Under the pieces are notes generated by a model that was given only the letters and a program-made list of their open reading frames with translations, was not told the origin of the DNA and made no database searches. Below are positions 1-8,650 of a DNA stretch of 64,000 bases, in pieces. How positions within the stretch are numbered: the stretch's first letter is position 1; each line of letters starts with the position of its first letter. This DNA is from Anaerobutyricum sp. (GTDB lineage: Bacteria; Spirochaetota; Spirochaetia; Treponematales; Treponemataceae): the NCBI GenBank assembly GCA_963638805.1, contig CAVHTI010000005.1:9064-73063 (forward strand), written 5' to 3'. Made by a program: the position numbers and the translations under genes.

Positions 1-24
1 ACGCAAAATCCTTCGTCGCCGTCT

Positions 25-927
25 TTGCACGAATATCTTTTGATGAATGGCGTTGAAGTTAAAGTTGAAAAAAATGCATCAGAAATTTTTGATATGATTT
101 TTAATGTATTTTTTTATATTTTCATCATTTTCATAATTTTTATTGCCTACCGCAAAGTTTTTGCTCCTGCAAGTTTTAAAATTGTCCACAAAACCGGAGT
201 AAAATTCGATGACGTTGTCGGTATGGACCGCCTGAAAAAAGATATGAGTCAGATTGTGGACATCATGAAAAATCCTGCCGCTTATGCCAAAAAAGGAATC
301 AGAATGCCAAAAGGTGTTTTGATGGAAGGCGAGCCTGGAAACGGTAAAACTCTGTTTGCAAAAGCAATGGCCGGTGAAGCTAAAGTAAATTTTATTGCAA
401 CAAAGGCAACTGATTTTGAAAGTATGTTTATGTCAATTGGCCCGATGAAAGTAAAAACTTTATTCAGAAAAGCGCGCCGTCATGCTCCGTGCATTGTTTT
501 TATTGATGAATTTGACGGAATTGGTACAAAAAGGAATTATTCCGGCTCCGGAATTGAAACTGAAAATACCCGCATTGTTACGGCGCTTTTAAATGAACTT
601 GACGGTTTTGAACCTGCCAGCGGAGTTCTTGTTCTTGCGGCAACAAATTCAATTCATGCACTTGATGAAGCGCTCATTCGTCCTGGCCGTTTTGATTTGA
701 AATTTTCCGTTCCATATCCGTCAACTGCAGAGCGTGAAAAACTTGTTCAAAAATATTCAAAATCTCATACCGATGAATGTTCAGCACAATTACTTGCAAA
801 AATGTTTGATGGCTATTCATGTGCAAAAATTGAATCCGTGTTAAATAAAGCCGCCCTTATAGCTAGTCAAGATAACCGCACGGAATTTTCTCTGGAAGAT
901 GTAAAAAGGGCAGAAAAAGAAGTTTAG
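25..927 (+). CDS. Membrane-anchored AAA+ ATPase, FtsH-like AAA module without an M41 protease domain
   Basis: 300-aa ORF. N-terminal hydrophobic helix (FNVFFYIFIIFIIFIAY), Walker A GEPGNGKT, Walker B CIVFIDEFD, second region of homology ATNSIHALDEALIRPGRFD. The ORF ends right after the AAA lid. Start is uncertain (TTG 25 or in-frame ATG 43). Confidence 0.75.
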   Translation: MHEYLLMNGVEVKVEKNASEIFDMIFNVFFYIFIIFIIFIAYRKVFAPASFKIVHKTGVKFDDVVGMDRLKKDMSQIVDIMKNPAAYAKKGIRMPKGVLMEGEPGNGKTLFAKAMAGEAKVNFIATKATDFESMFMSIGPMKVKTLFRKARRHAPCIVFIDEFDGIGTKRNYSGSGIETENTRIVTALLNELDGFEPASGVLVLAATNSIHALDEALIRPGRFDLKFSVPYPSTAEREKLVQKYSKSHTDECSAQLLAKMFDGYSCAKIESVLNKAALIASQDNRTEFSLEDVKRAEKEV

Positions 928-965
928 GCCGTGCATTACAAATTTTTTTTCCAAAATTAAAAATG

Positions 966-992
966 CAAAAAAAAGTGCGCCAAAAGCGCACT
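966..992 (-). terminator. Rho-independent terminator downstream of tRNA-Gln
   Basis: Stem AGTGCGC (974-980) / GCGCACT (986-992) with loop CAAAA. On the minus strand it is followed by a T8 run (complement of A967-A974). Confidence 0.6.
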
Positions 993-1001
993 TTCAAATA
1001 A

Positions 1002-1074
1002 CTGGGCCGACAGGATTCGAACCTGTGGAATGAAGGCACCAAAAGCCTTTGTCTTACCGCTTGACGACGGCCCA
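1002..1074 (-). tRNA. tRNA-Gln (anticodon UUG)
   Basis: The reverse complement reads TGGGCCGTCGTCAAGCGGTAAGACAAAGGCTTTTGGTGCCTTCATTCCACAGGTTCGAATCCTGTCGGCCCAG. It has a 7-bp acceptor stem, D-loop AAGCGGTAA, anticodon stem AAGGC/GCCTT with loop TTTTGGT (anticodon TTG), and T-arm ACAGG-TTCGAAT-CCTGT. No CCA is encoded. Confidence 0.85.
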
Positions 1075-1105
1075 ATTCTTCTTTTTCAAGAATGTAGCCA
1101 CTATT

Positions 1106-1384
1106 TTAATCTACTTCGCCACCAATTTCAACATGTCCAGCATTATATTCTGCAATTATTTGATCCTGTAATGCATTTCTGAATTCAGGACTGATAGGAT
1201 GGGCAACATCTTTATATTCGCCGTTTGCAGTTTTTCTGCTTGGCATTGCAATAAATAACCCTGATTTTCCTTCAATGATTTTTACATTGTGAACAACAAA
1301 ACAGTTGTCAAACGTAACAGTAACGTAAGCCTTTAACTTACCTTCATCCTCAACTTTTCTGATTCTCAATTCTGTAATCTGCAT
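1106..1384 (-). CDS. spoVG: Septation/regulatory protein SpoVG
   Basis: [11 protein letters not shown]...[36 protein letters not shown] is typical SpoVG. The ORF-track start at 1405 was trimmed to ATG 1384, which has GGAGG 5 nt upstream. Confidence 0.9.
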   Translation of the reverse strand: MQITELRIRKVEDEGKLKAYVTVTFDNCFVVHNVKIIEGKSGLFIAMPSRKTANGEYKDVAHPISPEFRNALQDQIIAEYNAGHVEIGGEVD

Positions 1385-1405
1385 ATTATCCTCCGCAAAG
1401 TACAT

Positions 1406-2293
1406 TTAGACCGTTTCTACAAGTTTACAATTCCATTTTTGAGCAAGCACTTTACATATTGAGTCAGCTTCTCGCCTTGATGTAAACATTCCAAAAACTG
1501 TTGACCCTGAGCCCGACATTTCAGAGTAACAACATTCGGCTCTCTCCATATCTTTCAGAGCATTACGAACTTCAGAGAGAGAATTCATAATGACTGGTGT
1601 AAAAGAATTCTTAAAAGTCCATTTCTGAAGTGATTTATTGTAAATAAACTCAAGATCAGAAAAATCTGGACATTTTACAGAATTTCCCTTTTCAAAATAA
1701 TCATCCAGTAAAGCATAGGCTTCTTTTGTCGAAGAACTGCTTTCTGGGAAAATAAGAACAAGCGGTAAACCCGTCCTGCCCTTAATTTTTTTTATAACTT
1801 CGCCCCGTCCACTGACTAAGGCACAGTTTTTACCATCATCATCTGAATGCATAAAGAAAAAAACATCACTTCCGGTTTTGGCGGCAATAAAATCTTTTTC
1901 TTCTTCAGACAAATGGATTTTACAAATCTGTTCCAGTCCGCGAATCAAGGCCGCTGCATCTGCAGAACCACCGCCCAATCCGCCACCGGAAGGAATTCCT
2001 TTTTTCAACAAAACATTTACAGAAGGAATTTTGATTTTGTTTTCAAATAATTGTTTAAAAGCACCGTAGGCTTTTGTAAGCGTATTTTCCGAAGGTAAGT
2101 TCATCTGATCGCAAATGACATTACAAAAAGGCTCAGAGTTTGTTTCTGAAATAATCAGTTCATCAAAAAGACTGATTGTCTGGAAAATACCTTCAATATT
2201 GTGAAATCCCTTATTAATTCCGCTTTTGCAAACAGGCAAAACTTTCAGTCCAAAATTAATTTTTGCATAAGCTTTTACCCTGATTTCACTCAT
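1406..2293 (-). CDS. ispE: 4-diphosphocytidyl-2-C-methyl-D-erythritol kinase
   Basis: GHMP-kinase motif GIPSGGGLGGGSADAAA and N-terminal KINFGLKV. The ispE-spoVG arrangement is common. Confidence 0.9.
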   Translation of the reverse strand: MSEIRVKAYAKINFGLKVLPVCKSGINKGFHNIEGIFQTISLFDELIISETNSEPFCNVICDQMNLPSENTLTKAYGAFKQLFENKIKIPSVNVLLKKGIPSGGGLGGGSADAAALIRGLEQICKIHLSEEEKDFIAAKTGSDVFFFMHSDDDGKNCALVSGRGEVIKKIKGRTGLPLVLIFPESSSSTKEAYALLDDYFEKGNSVKCPDFSDLEFIYNKSLQKWTFKNSFTPVIMNSLSEVRNALKDMERAECCYSEMSGSGSTVFGMFTSRREADSICKVLAQKWNCKLVETV

Positions 2294-2364
2294 TTATTTA
2301 ATTATAGTGCAATTTTCCCCAAAGTCAAAAAAAACAAAAAGATTTGTAGAATGTACAAAATAAT

Positions 2365-2394
2365 GGGAGTGTCTAAAAACTGTAATTTTTAGAG
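2365..2394 (+). repeat. GGGAG-hairpin intergenic element, copy 1
   Basis: GGGAGTGTCTAAAAACTGTAATTTTTAGAG. 8-bp stem TCTAAAAA/TTTTTAGA with loop CTGTAA. Similar to the copies at 7770 and 28952. Confidence 0.5.
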
Positions 2395-2403
2395 AATTCT
2401 AAA

Positions 2404-3558
2404 TTAAAGTCTTATCAAAAAGAGTTGAGGGATTACGACGACTGCAAAAAACAAAAGACTTATGATTGTAAAAGTTTTTATAAAATTCCAGGCGTTTTTT
2501 GCGCCTTTGAATTCGCGGTTGTAAATCCTCAAATTTATTACACTTGCAAGGCTCCCGATTATTGAGCAAAGTCCGGCGCTGTCCAAACCGTAAAGGAGCG
2601 CTTTTAAATTTGAAATTTCAGTGCCGGTAAATGGCCACAAGACAATACTGGCCGGCACGTTGGAAATTATCTGACTCAAAAGAATGCTCCAAACGTATTC
2701 GTGATTTTTTACAGTTCTGCTCAAAAAATCTGCGACTTTTGCGTTTGAACAAATTGAAGAAGAAAATACAAAAAAACAGAAAAAAGTTAACAAAAGTACG
2801 TAATCAGTTTTTAAAAGAATTTTGCGGTCAAAAATCAAAATTATGATTGCCGTAAAAAGCGTTACAAATGGCCATAATTTTGTGCGGGTAACGACGGTTA
2901 AAATCACAAGGCAAAACAGTAAAATGTATAAAATTCTTTTTCCTTTGCGTTCTGCAAGCCATTCTTGAGAAACATTTTCCTTTTGAATTAAAATTTCTTC
3001 TTTTTCATCTTTTCTAAAAAGGAACAGAATGAACAAATAAAGCAGAAAAAAACTGAAAATCCACAGCGGAATCATAAGTTTTATGAAATTCCACGCAGAA
3101 ATTCCACTTTGACTGAAAATATAAAGATTTTGCGGGCTGCCAAAAGGCGTTAAAAGTGAACCTCGGATTGCCGCAATGTTTTCAAAAGTCAAAACCGGCA
3201 GAATGTACCTTTCTTTATTTCCGGCCTTAAAAAGCAAAATTGTGAGTGGCACAAAAATTATTAGCGAAACGTCATTTGTAACAAACATTGAAGTGAAAAA
3301 AACGCCGTACACAAGAAACATTGTAAGGTGGCGCATTTTTTTTAGATTTGCGCAGCGCTTTAAAAGCGGAGAAAAAATATTTTCGTTTTTAAATCCTTCA
3401 AGAACGGTCAGAAGCATAAAAAGCGTCGCGAGAGTTTTCCAGTCAATGCCGGCCATAAGATGCGGGCCCGGCGGAGTTATAAAAAGTGAAATCACGGCTG
3501 CAATCACGGAAACGGTCAGCATAGGTTCTTTTTTTAAGAAATTTTTAACAGAAAACAT
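2404..3558 (-). CDS. Polytopic anion permease (ArsB/NhaD / citrate-transporter-like superfamily)
   Basis: 384-aa highly hydrophobic ORF with about 10 predicted helices. The N-terminal GIDWKTLATLFMLL pattern is typical of this permease superfamily. Substrate is unknown. Confidence 0.55.
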   Translation of the reverse strand: MFSVKNFLKKEPMLTVSVIAAVISLFITPPGPHLMAGIDWKTLATLFMLLTVLEGFKNENIFSPLLKRCANLKKMRHLTMFLVYGVFFTSMFVTNDVSLIIFVPLTILLFKAGNKERYILPVLTFENIAAIRGSLLTPFGSPQNLYIFSQSGISAWNFIKLMIPLWIFSFFLLYLFILFLFRKDEKEEILIQKENVSQEWLAERKGKRILYILLFCLVILTVVTRTKLWPFVTLFTAIIILIFDRKILLKTDYVLLLTFFCFFVFSSSICSNAKVADFLSRTVKNHEYVWSILLSQIISNVPASIVLWPFTGTEISNLKALLYGLDSAGLCSIIGSLASVINLRIYNREFKGAKNAWNFIKTFTIISLLFFAVVVIPQLFLIRL

Positions 3559-3630
3559 AGCAAGAATAATAGCGTTAAAAATGACTCGTTTAAATAGAGG
3601 CCTAAAAATCTGTTATTCACAAATTAAAAA

Positions 3631-3658
3631 TTGAGTTTTGAAATTTTAAGGTTATAAT
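3631..3658 (+). promoter_or_regulatory. Candidate sigma70-type promoter for the beta-CASP gene
   Basis: TTGAGT (3631-3636), 16-nt spacer, TATAAT (3653-3658), about 45 nt upstream of the start codon. Confidence 0.35.
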
Positions 3659-3700
3659 TTTAATAATTCCACTTAATCACAGCTTAACGGAGGCGTTTTC

Positions 3701-5122
3701 TTGGGAATTGAATTATTTTCTTTAGGTGCAGCACAGGAAGTTACGGGTTCTAAACATATTTTTTCCATTGATGGACGTATGTTTATGGTTGATTGCGGTG
3801 CGTTTCAGGGCAAACGTAAAATTTCTGATGAAAAAAACCGTACTTTTGATTTTGATATAGAAAAACTTGAGTCTGTAATTTTGACTCACGGGCATCTTGA
3901 TCATTGCGGATTGCTGCCGGTTTTGTGCAAAAAAGGATATCAGGGAAATATTTATGCAACGCCGGCAACAAGAGACATCGCGAATCTTGTTATGATGGAC
4001 AGTGCAAGAATTCAGGCACGGGATGCGGAATATCTTGCAAAACAGGCTGCAAAAAAAGGAAAAAAATTTACCTGGCGCCCACTTTTTGATGAAAATGACT
4101 GTGTTTCTACGGCAAATCAGATTATTTCACTTTCTTATAATCGAAAAATGTTTATTGCGCCGGACGTTCAGCTTGAATTTTATGACGCGGGACATATTTT
4201 AGGCTCGGCATTTGCTTCAGTCACAATAAATCCGAATGTTAAAGAGCCAGAAAAAGAAACAAGAATTCTTTACACCGGCGATATTGGACGCAACTGCAAA
4301 CCGATTATCAGAAATCCGGCTTTGAATATGCCATCTCCGGATTATATTTATCTTGAGTCCACTTACGGAAACAAACTTCACGAAGATCATGTTTTTGCAA
4401 TGAAAGAACTTGAACGCATTGTTCGGGATACTTGTGCCAAAAAAGGAAAAATCATTATTCCGTCATTTGCGATTGAACGTGCCCAGGAACTTGTGTTTTA
4501 CCTGCATCTTCTTACTGATAAGAAAAAAATTCCGGTACTTCCAATTTACGTTGATTCTCCAATGGCTTCTAATGCGACTTCCGTTTTCCGCGTTCATCCG
4601 GAATGTTATGATGAAAGTGTAAACGAGGCATTTTTAAAGCATCACAAAAATCCTTTTGGATTTAATTCACTTTCGTACACGACTAGCGTTGAAGAGTCTA
4701 AGGCTTTGAATAAAAAAGAAGGCCCGATGATTATAATTTCTGCGGATGGAATGTGTGAAGCGGGCCGAGTTCTCTATCATCTGGCAAATGAAATTTCTAA
4801 TCCTAAAAATACAATTTTAATTGTCGGATATATGGCGGAAAATACTCTTGGACGAAAAATCCGGGATGGTCAGAAAGAAGTCAACATTCTTGGCGATTTG
4901 TATCACGTAAATGCAAAGGTAGAGCAGATTAACGCTTTTAGTGCTCACGCGGATTACAGCGAAATGATAACCTGGCTCAAAAATATTGATACGTCGCGTT
5001 TAAAGAAAATTTTTCTTGTTCACGGCGAAAAAGATCAGCAGGAAGGCTTTAAAAATCACCTTGCGGAAGCGGGATTTTCTAGCGTAGAAATTGTTGAAGA
5101 AGGCAAAAAGTACACTATATAG
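3701..5122 (+). CDS. MBL-fold beta-CASP RNA-metabolising hydrolase (CPSF/RNase J-like)
   Basis: HGHLDHCG metallo-beta-lactamase motif and a C-terminal FSAHAD motif typical of beta-CASP/RMMBL proteins. TTG start with GGAGG 7 nt upstream. Confidence 0.8.
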   Translation: MGIELFSLGAAQEVTGSKHIFSIDGRMFMVDCGAFQGKRKISDEKNRTFDFDIEKLESVILTHGHLDHCGLLPVLCKKGYQGNIYATPATRDIANLVMMDSARIQARDAEYLAKQAAKKGKKFTWRPLFDENDCVSTANQIISLSYNRKMFIAPDVQLEFYDAGHILGSAFASVTINPNVKEPEKETRILYTGDIGRNCKPIIRNPALNMPSPDYIYLESTYGNKLHEDHVFAMKELERIVRDTCAKKGKIIIPSFAIERAQELVFYLHLLTDKKKIPVLPIYVDSPMASNATSVFRVHPECYDESVNEAFLKHHKNPFGFNSLSYTTSVEESKALNKKEGPMIIISADGMCEAGRVLYHLANEISNPKNTILIVGYMAENTLGRKIRDGQKEVNILGDLYHVNAKVEQINAFSAHADYSEMITWLKNIDTSRLKKIFLVHGEKDQQEGFKNHLAEAGFSSVEIVEEGKKYTI

Positions 5123-5312
5123 GGGATTTTGATTAATTTTCCGCATTCAAATGTTGTTGCGGGAAGTTATAATTTATAATAGTATGTAACCGTTGAATGG
5201 AAAGTTTTTCCGTACTTTTGGTTTTGAAAATTTCATTCAGGACAAAAGATTCAACGTCAATTTTATCTGGAGAGAATGAAAGCGAGTACTCTCTGGAAAG
5301 AGGTAAATAATT

Positions 5313-7655
5313 ATGGCTTTAAGACCAGAATGGGAAGGATTTAATTCTGAAGGCTTATGGACTGGCGAAATCAATGTTCGCGACTTTATTCAGGCTAACT
5401 ACACTCAGTATGATGGTGATTCATCGTTTTTAAAGGGTTCAACACCAGCAACAGATAAGTTGTTTGATGAACTTCAGAAATTGCAGAAAGCTGAGCACAC
5501 AAAAGTTTCTGTTGGTCTGGATGGTAAGCAGAGAACTGGTGTTCTTGACATGGATACAGATGTTGTAACCGGTCTTACTGCTCATCCTGCTGCATATATT
5601 TGTCCGGAAGGAAAAGAACTGGAACAGGTTGTCGGATTGCAGACTGATAAACCTTTGAAACGTGCATTTATGCCTTTTGGTGGAATTCGTATGGCAGAAC
5701 AGTCTTGCGAAATGTACGGATACAAACCAAATCCTGAATTACACAAAATCTTTACTGAATATCATAAAACACACTCTGATGCAGTTTTCCAGGTTTACAC
5801 ACCTGAAATTCGTAAAGCGCGTTCTTCACACATTTTGACAGGTTTGCCTGATACTTACGGACGCGGACGAATCGTTGGTGATTACCGCCGAATTGCTCTT
5901 TATGGTATTGATTATCTTATTGAACAGAAACAGAAGGATTTTGCAAACATCGGTTATGGAACAATGACAGAAGATGTTATTCGTCTTCGTGAAGAAGTTG
6001 CTGAACAGATTAAGGCTCTCAAGGGCATTAAAGATATGGCAGCAATTTACGGTTATGATATTTCTAAACCGGCAACAACTGCAAAAGAAGCTTTCCAGTG
6101 GCTTTATTTTGGTTACCTTGCAGCAATCAAAACTCAGAACGGTGCTGCTATGTCAGTTGGACGTATTTCTACATTCCTTGACATTTATATTGAACGTGAC
6201 CTTAAAAAAGGCATCTTAACAGAAGAAAAGGCACAGGAACTTGTTGACCACATGGTTATGAAATTCCGTATGGTTCGTTTTGCTCGTATTGAATCTTACA
6301 ACAACTTGTTCTCTGGCGATCCAGTTTGGGCTACTCTTGAAGTTGGTGGTCTTGGACAGGACGGTCGTTCAATGGTAACAAAGAATGACTTCCGATTCCT
6401 CCATACCCTTGAAAACATGGGACCTTCTCCAGAACCAAACATGACAGTTCTTTATTCAAAGAGACTTCCAGAAGCATTCAGAAAGTACGCTGCAAAAATT
6501 TCTATTGATACATCTTCTATCCAGTATGAAAACGATGATATTATGCGTCCAATCTGGGGTGATGATTATTCAATCTGCTGTTGTGTATCTGCTACACAGA
6601 CTGGTAAGGAAATGCAGTTCTTCGGTGCTCGTGCTAACCTTGCAAAAGCTTTACTTTACGCTATCAACGGTGGTCGTGATGAAGAAGCCGGACTTACACC
6701 AGGTGTTCAGGTAGGACCTGCTTATGCTCCAATTACTTCTGAATATCTTGATTACAAAGAAGTTATGGCAAAATATGACCTTTACCTTGAATGGCTTGCA
6801 GATTTGTATGTAAACGCTTTGAATGCAATTCACTATATGCACGATAAATATTACTACGAAGCTGCTGAACTTGCCCTTGAAGACACAAATATTAAACGTA
6901 CATTTGCAACTGGTATTGCAGGATTCTCTCACGTAGTAGATTCCCTTTCTGCAATTAAATATGCAAAAGTAAAGGTTATCCGTGGCGATGTTGAAGTAAA
7001 AGACAAGAAAACTGGCGCTGTAAAAGAAGTTGTAAAAGGCCTTGCAAAAGACTTTGAAATTGAAGGCGACTTCCCACGCTATGGTCAGGACGATGAAAGA
7101 GCTGACGAAATTGCTGTATGGTTGCTCAAGACATTTATGTCTAAGATTGCAAAACATCCTACATACCGCAATGCTGAACCAACAACATCTATTCTTACAA
7201 TTACTTCTAACGTTGTTTACGGTAAGGCAACAGGTGCTCTTCCTGATGGACGTAAAGCACACGAACCATTCTCACCAGGAGCTAACCCTTCTTACGGTGC
7301 AGAAACAAAAGGTTTGATTAAGTCTTTGAACTCTGTAGCAAAAGTACCATACAAATATGCTTTGGACGGTATTTCTAATACTCAGACAATCAACCCTTCA
7401 GCACTTGGTCACTCTGAAGATGAACGTGTACAGAACCTTGTAAACGTTCTTGACGGATACTTCTCTAAGGGTGCTCATCACTTGAACGTAAACGTATTCG
7501 GTGTTGAAAAACTCAAGGATTGTCAGGCACATCCAGAAAAACCTGAATATGCAAACTTCACAGTTCGTGTATCTGGTTATGCTGTACGATTCATCAACCT
7601 TACAAAAGAGCAGCAGGACGATGTTATTGCTCGTACTTGCCACGCTGCATTGTAG
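5313..7655 (+). CDS. pflB: Pyruvate formate-lyase (formate C-acetyltransferase)
   Basis: 780 aa. Active-site CCCVS ([16 protein letters not shown]) and C-terminal glycyl-radical motif RVSGYAV. Confidence 0.95.
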   Translation: MALRPEWEGFNSEGLWTGEINVRDFIQANYTQYDGDSSFLKGSTPATDKLFDELQKLQKAEHTKVSVGLDGKQRTGVLDMDTDVVTGLTAHPAAYICPEGKELEQVVGLQTDKPLKRAFMPFGGIRMAEQSCEMYGYKPNPELHKIFTEYHKTHSDAVFQVYTPEIRKARSSHILTGLPDTYGRGRIVGDYRRIALYGIDYLIEQKQKDFANIGYGTMTEDVIRLREEVAEQIKALKGIKDMAAIYGYDISKPATTAKEAFQWLYFGYLAAIKTQNGAAMSVGRISTFLDIYIERDLKKGILTEEKAQELVDHMVMKFRMVRFARIESYNNLFSGDPVWATLEVGGLGQDGRSMVTKNDFRFLHTLENMGPSPEPNMTVLYSKRLPEAFRKYAAKISIDTSSIQYENDDIMRPIWGDDYSICCCVSATQTGKEMQFFGARANLAKALLYAINGGRDEEAGLTPGVQVGPAYAPITSEYLDYKEVMAKYDLYLEWLADLYVNALNAIHYMHDKYYYEAAELALEDTNIKRTFATGIAGFSHVVDSLSAIKYAKVKVIRGDVEVKDKKTGAVKEVVKGLAKDFEIEGDFPRYGQDDERADEIAVWLLKTFMSKIAKHPTYRNAEPTTSILTITSNVVYGKATGALPDGRKAHEPFSPGANPSYGAETKGLIKSLNSVAKVPYKYALDGISNTQTINPSALGHSEDERVQNLVNVLDGYFSKGAHHLNVNVFGVEKLKDCQAHPEKPEYANFTVRVSGYAVRFINLTKEQQDDVIARTCHAAL

Positions 7656-7686
7656 GATTTATAAAGGTCGTTAAACCTTAAAATCA

Positions 7687-7722
7687 AAGCCGTTTCAGTT
7701 CTGCTGGGACGGCTTTTTTTTT
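7687..7722 (+). terminator. Rho-independent terminator after pflB
   Basis: AAGCCGT...ACGGCTT stem followed by a T9 run. Confidence 0.8.
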
Positions 7723-7769
7723 ATAATCAGAAGATGTGGCAGACGACAATTTAAAGTCATTTTTCATAA

Positions 7770-7798
7770 GGGAGTCTGGAAATTGCAATTTTAAGAGG
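7770..7798 (+). repeat. GGGAG-hairpin intergenic element, copy 2 (degenerate)
   Basis: GGGAGTCTGGAAATTGCAATTTTAAGAGG. Same TTGCAA loop and flanking TAAGGGAG as the copy at 28952. The stem has one mismatch and one G-U pair. Confidence 0.4.
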
Positions 7799-7864
7799 CA
7801 ACTCTGCCCATAAATTAAAAAATCTGCTAGATTTACTAGGCATATTTTTTTTGAGGTGTACAAA

Positions 7865-8611
7865 ATGGAAGGATATATTCATCAGTTGGAAAGTTTTGGT
7901 TGTGCAGATGGTCCTGGGTCAAGATTTATAATTTTCTTTGCCGGATGCCCGCTCCGCTGCCTTTATTGCCACAATCCAGATACATGGAATATGACGGACG
8001 GTAAAAAATACACTGTTGATGAACTTTTGCGCGAAGCCGAAAGTTGCCGTTGCTACTGGGGAACCAAGGGCGGAATCACGGTAAGTGGCGGTGAACCGCT
8101 TTTTCAGCTTGATTTTCTTCTTGAACTTTTGACTGAAGCAAAAAAGCGCGGAATAAATACCTGCATTGATACTGCCGGCGGTCCATTCAAAAAAGATGGC
8201 GAATGGTTTGAAAAATTCAAAAAACTGATGGAAGTCACGGACGTTCTTTTGATGGACATAAAGCACATTGACGACGAAGAACACAAAAAATTAACCGGTG
8301 CGGGCCGCGAAAATATTGAGCAAATGTTCCGCTACCTTGACGAAATAAACAAGCCAATCTGGATTCGCCACGTTCTTGTTCCCGGAATCACGGATAACGA
8401 TGAATATCTGGCGCGAACCCGAGATTTTATCCGAACGCTCCATAATGTTTACCGCGTGGAAATTCTGCCGTATCACGGACTTGGTGCCATAAAATACAAG
8501 GAACTTGGAATCGACTATCCGCTCAAAGATACCGAAAGTCCGACCGCAGAAAGAATTGAAAATGCAAAAAAAATCCTGGAATGCGAAAAATACAACCGTT
8601 GGAAAGACTAA
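7865..8611 (+). CDS. pflA: Pyruvate formate-lyase activating enzyme (radical SAM)
   Basis: CPLRCLYCHN (CX3CX2C) cluster motif, adjacent to pflB. The ORF-track GTG 7856 was trimmed to ATG 7865, with GAGG 8 nt upstream. Confidence 0.9.
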   Translation: MEGYIHQLESFGCADGPGSRFIIFFAGCPLRCLYCHNPDTWNMTDGKKYTVDELLREAESCRCYWGTKGGITVSGGEPLFQLDFLLELLTEAKKRGINTCIDTAGGPFKKDGEWFEKFKKLMEVTDVLLMDIKHIDDEEHKKLTGAGRENIEQMFRYLDEINKPIWIRHVLVPGITDNDEYLARTRDFIRTLHNVYRVEILPYHGLGAIKYKELGIDYPLKDTESPTAERIENAKKILECEKYNRWKD

Positions 8612-8650
8612 TCAAGGAGGGGGGGGAAAGCGAGTTTTGTTTACCAACGT

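Noticed and set aside
863-1075. 70-aa minus-strand ORF.
   Set aside because: It overlaps the tRNA-Gln gene, its terminator and the 3' end of the AAA gene.
3176-3634. 152-aa plus-strand ORF opposite the permease gene.
   Set aside because: It is antisense to a long hydrophobic membrane-protein gene. Its basic, low-complexity composition is typical of the reverse frame of AT-rich membrane genes.
6651-7262. 203-aa ORF antisense to pflB.
   Set aside because: It lies entirely within a well-supported conserved gene on the other strand. Composition is low-complexity and Cys/Phe-rich, and there is no RBS. Typical antisense artefact.
8619-8626. G8 homopolymer tract as a phase-variation switch.
   Set aside because: It lies between two convergent gene ends (pflA stop and phosphatase stop). 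It is not in a promoter, a 5' UTR or a coding region, so slippage has no obvious target. It may simply be part of a weak 3' structure.
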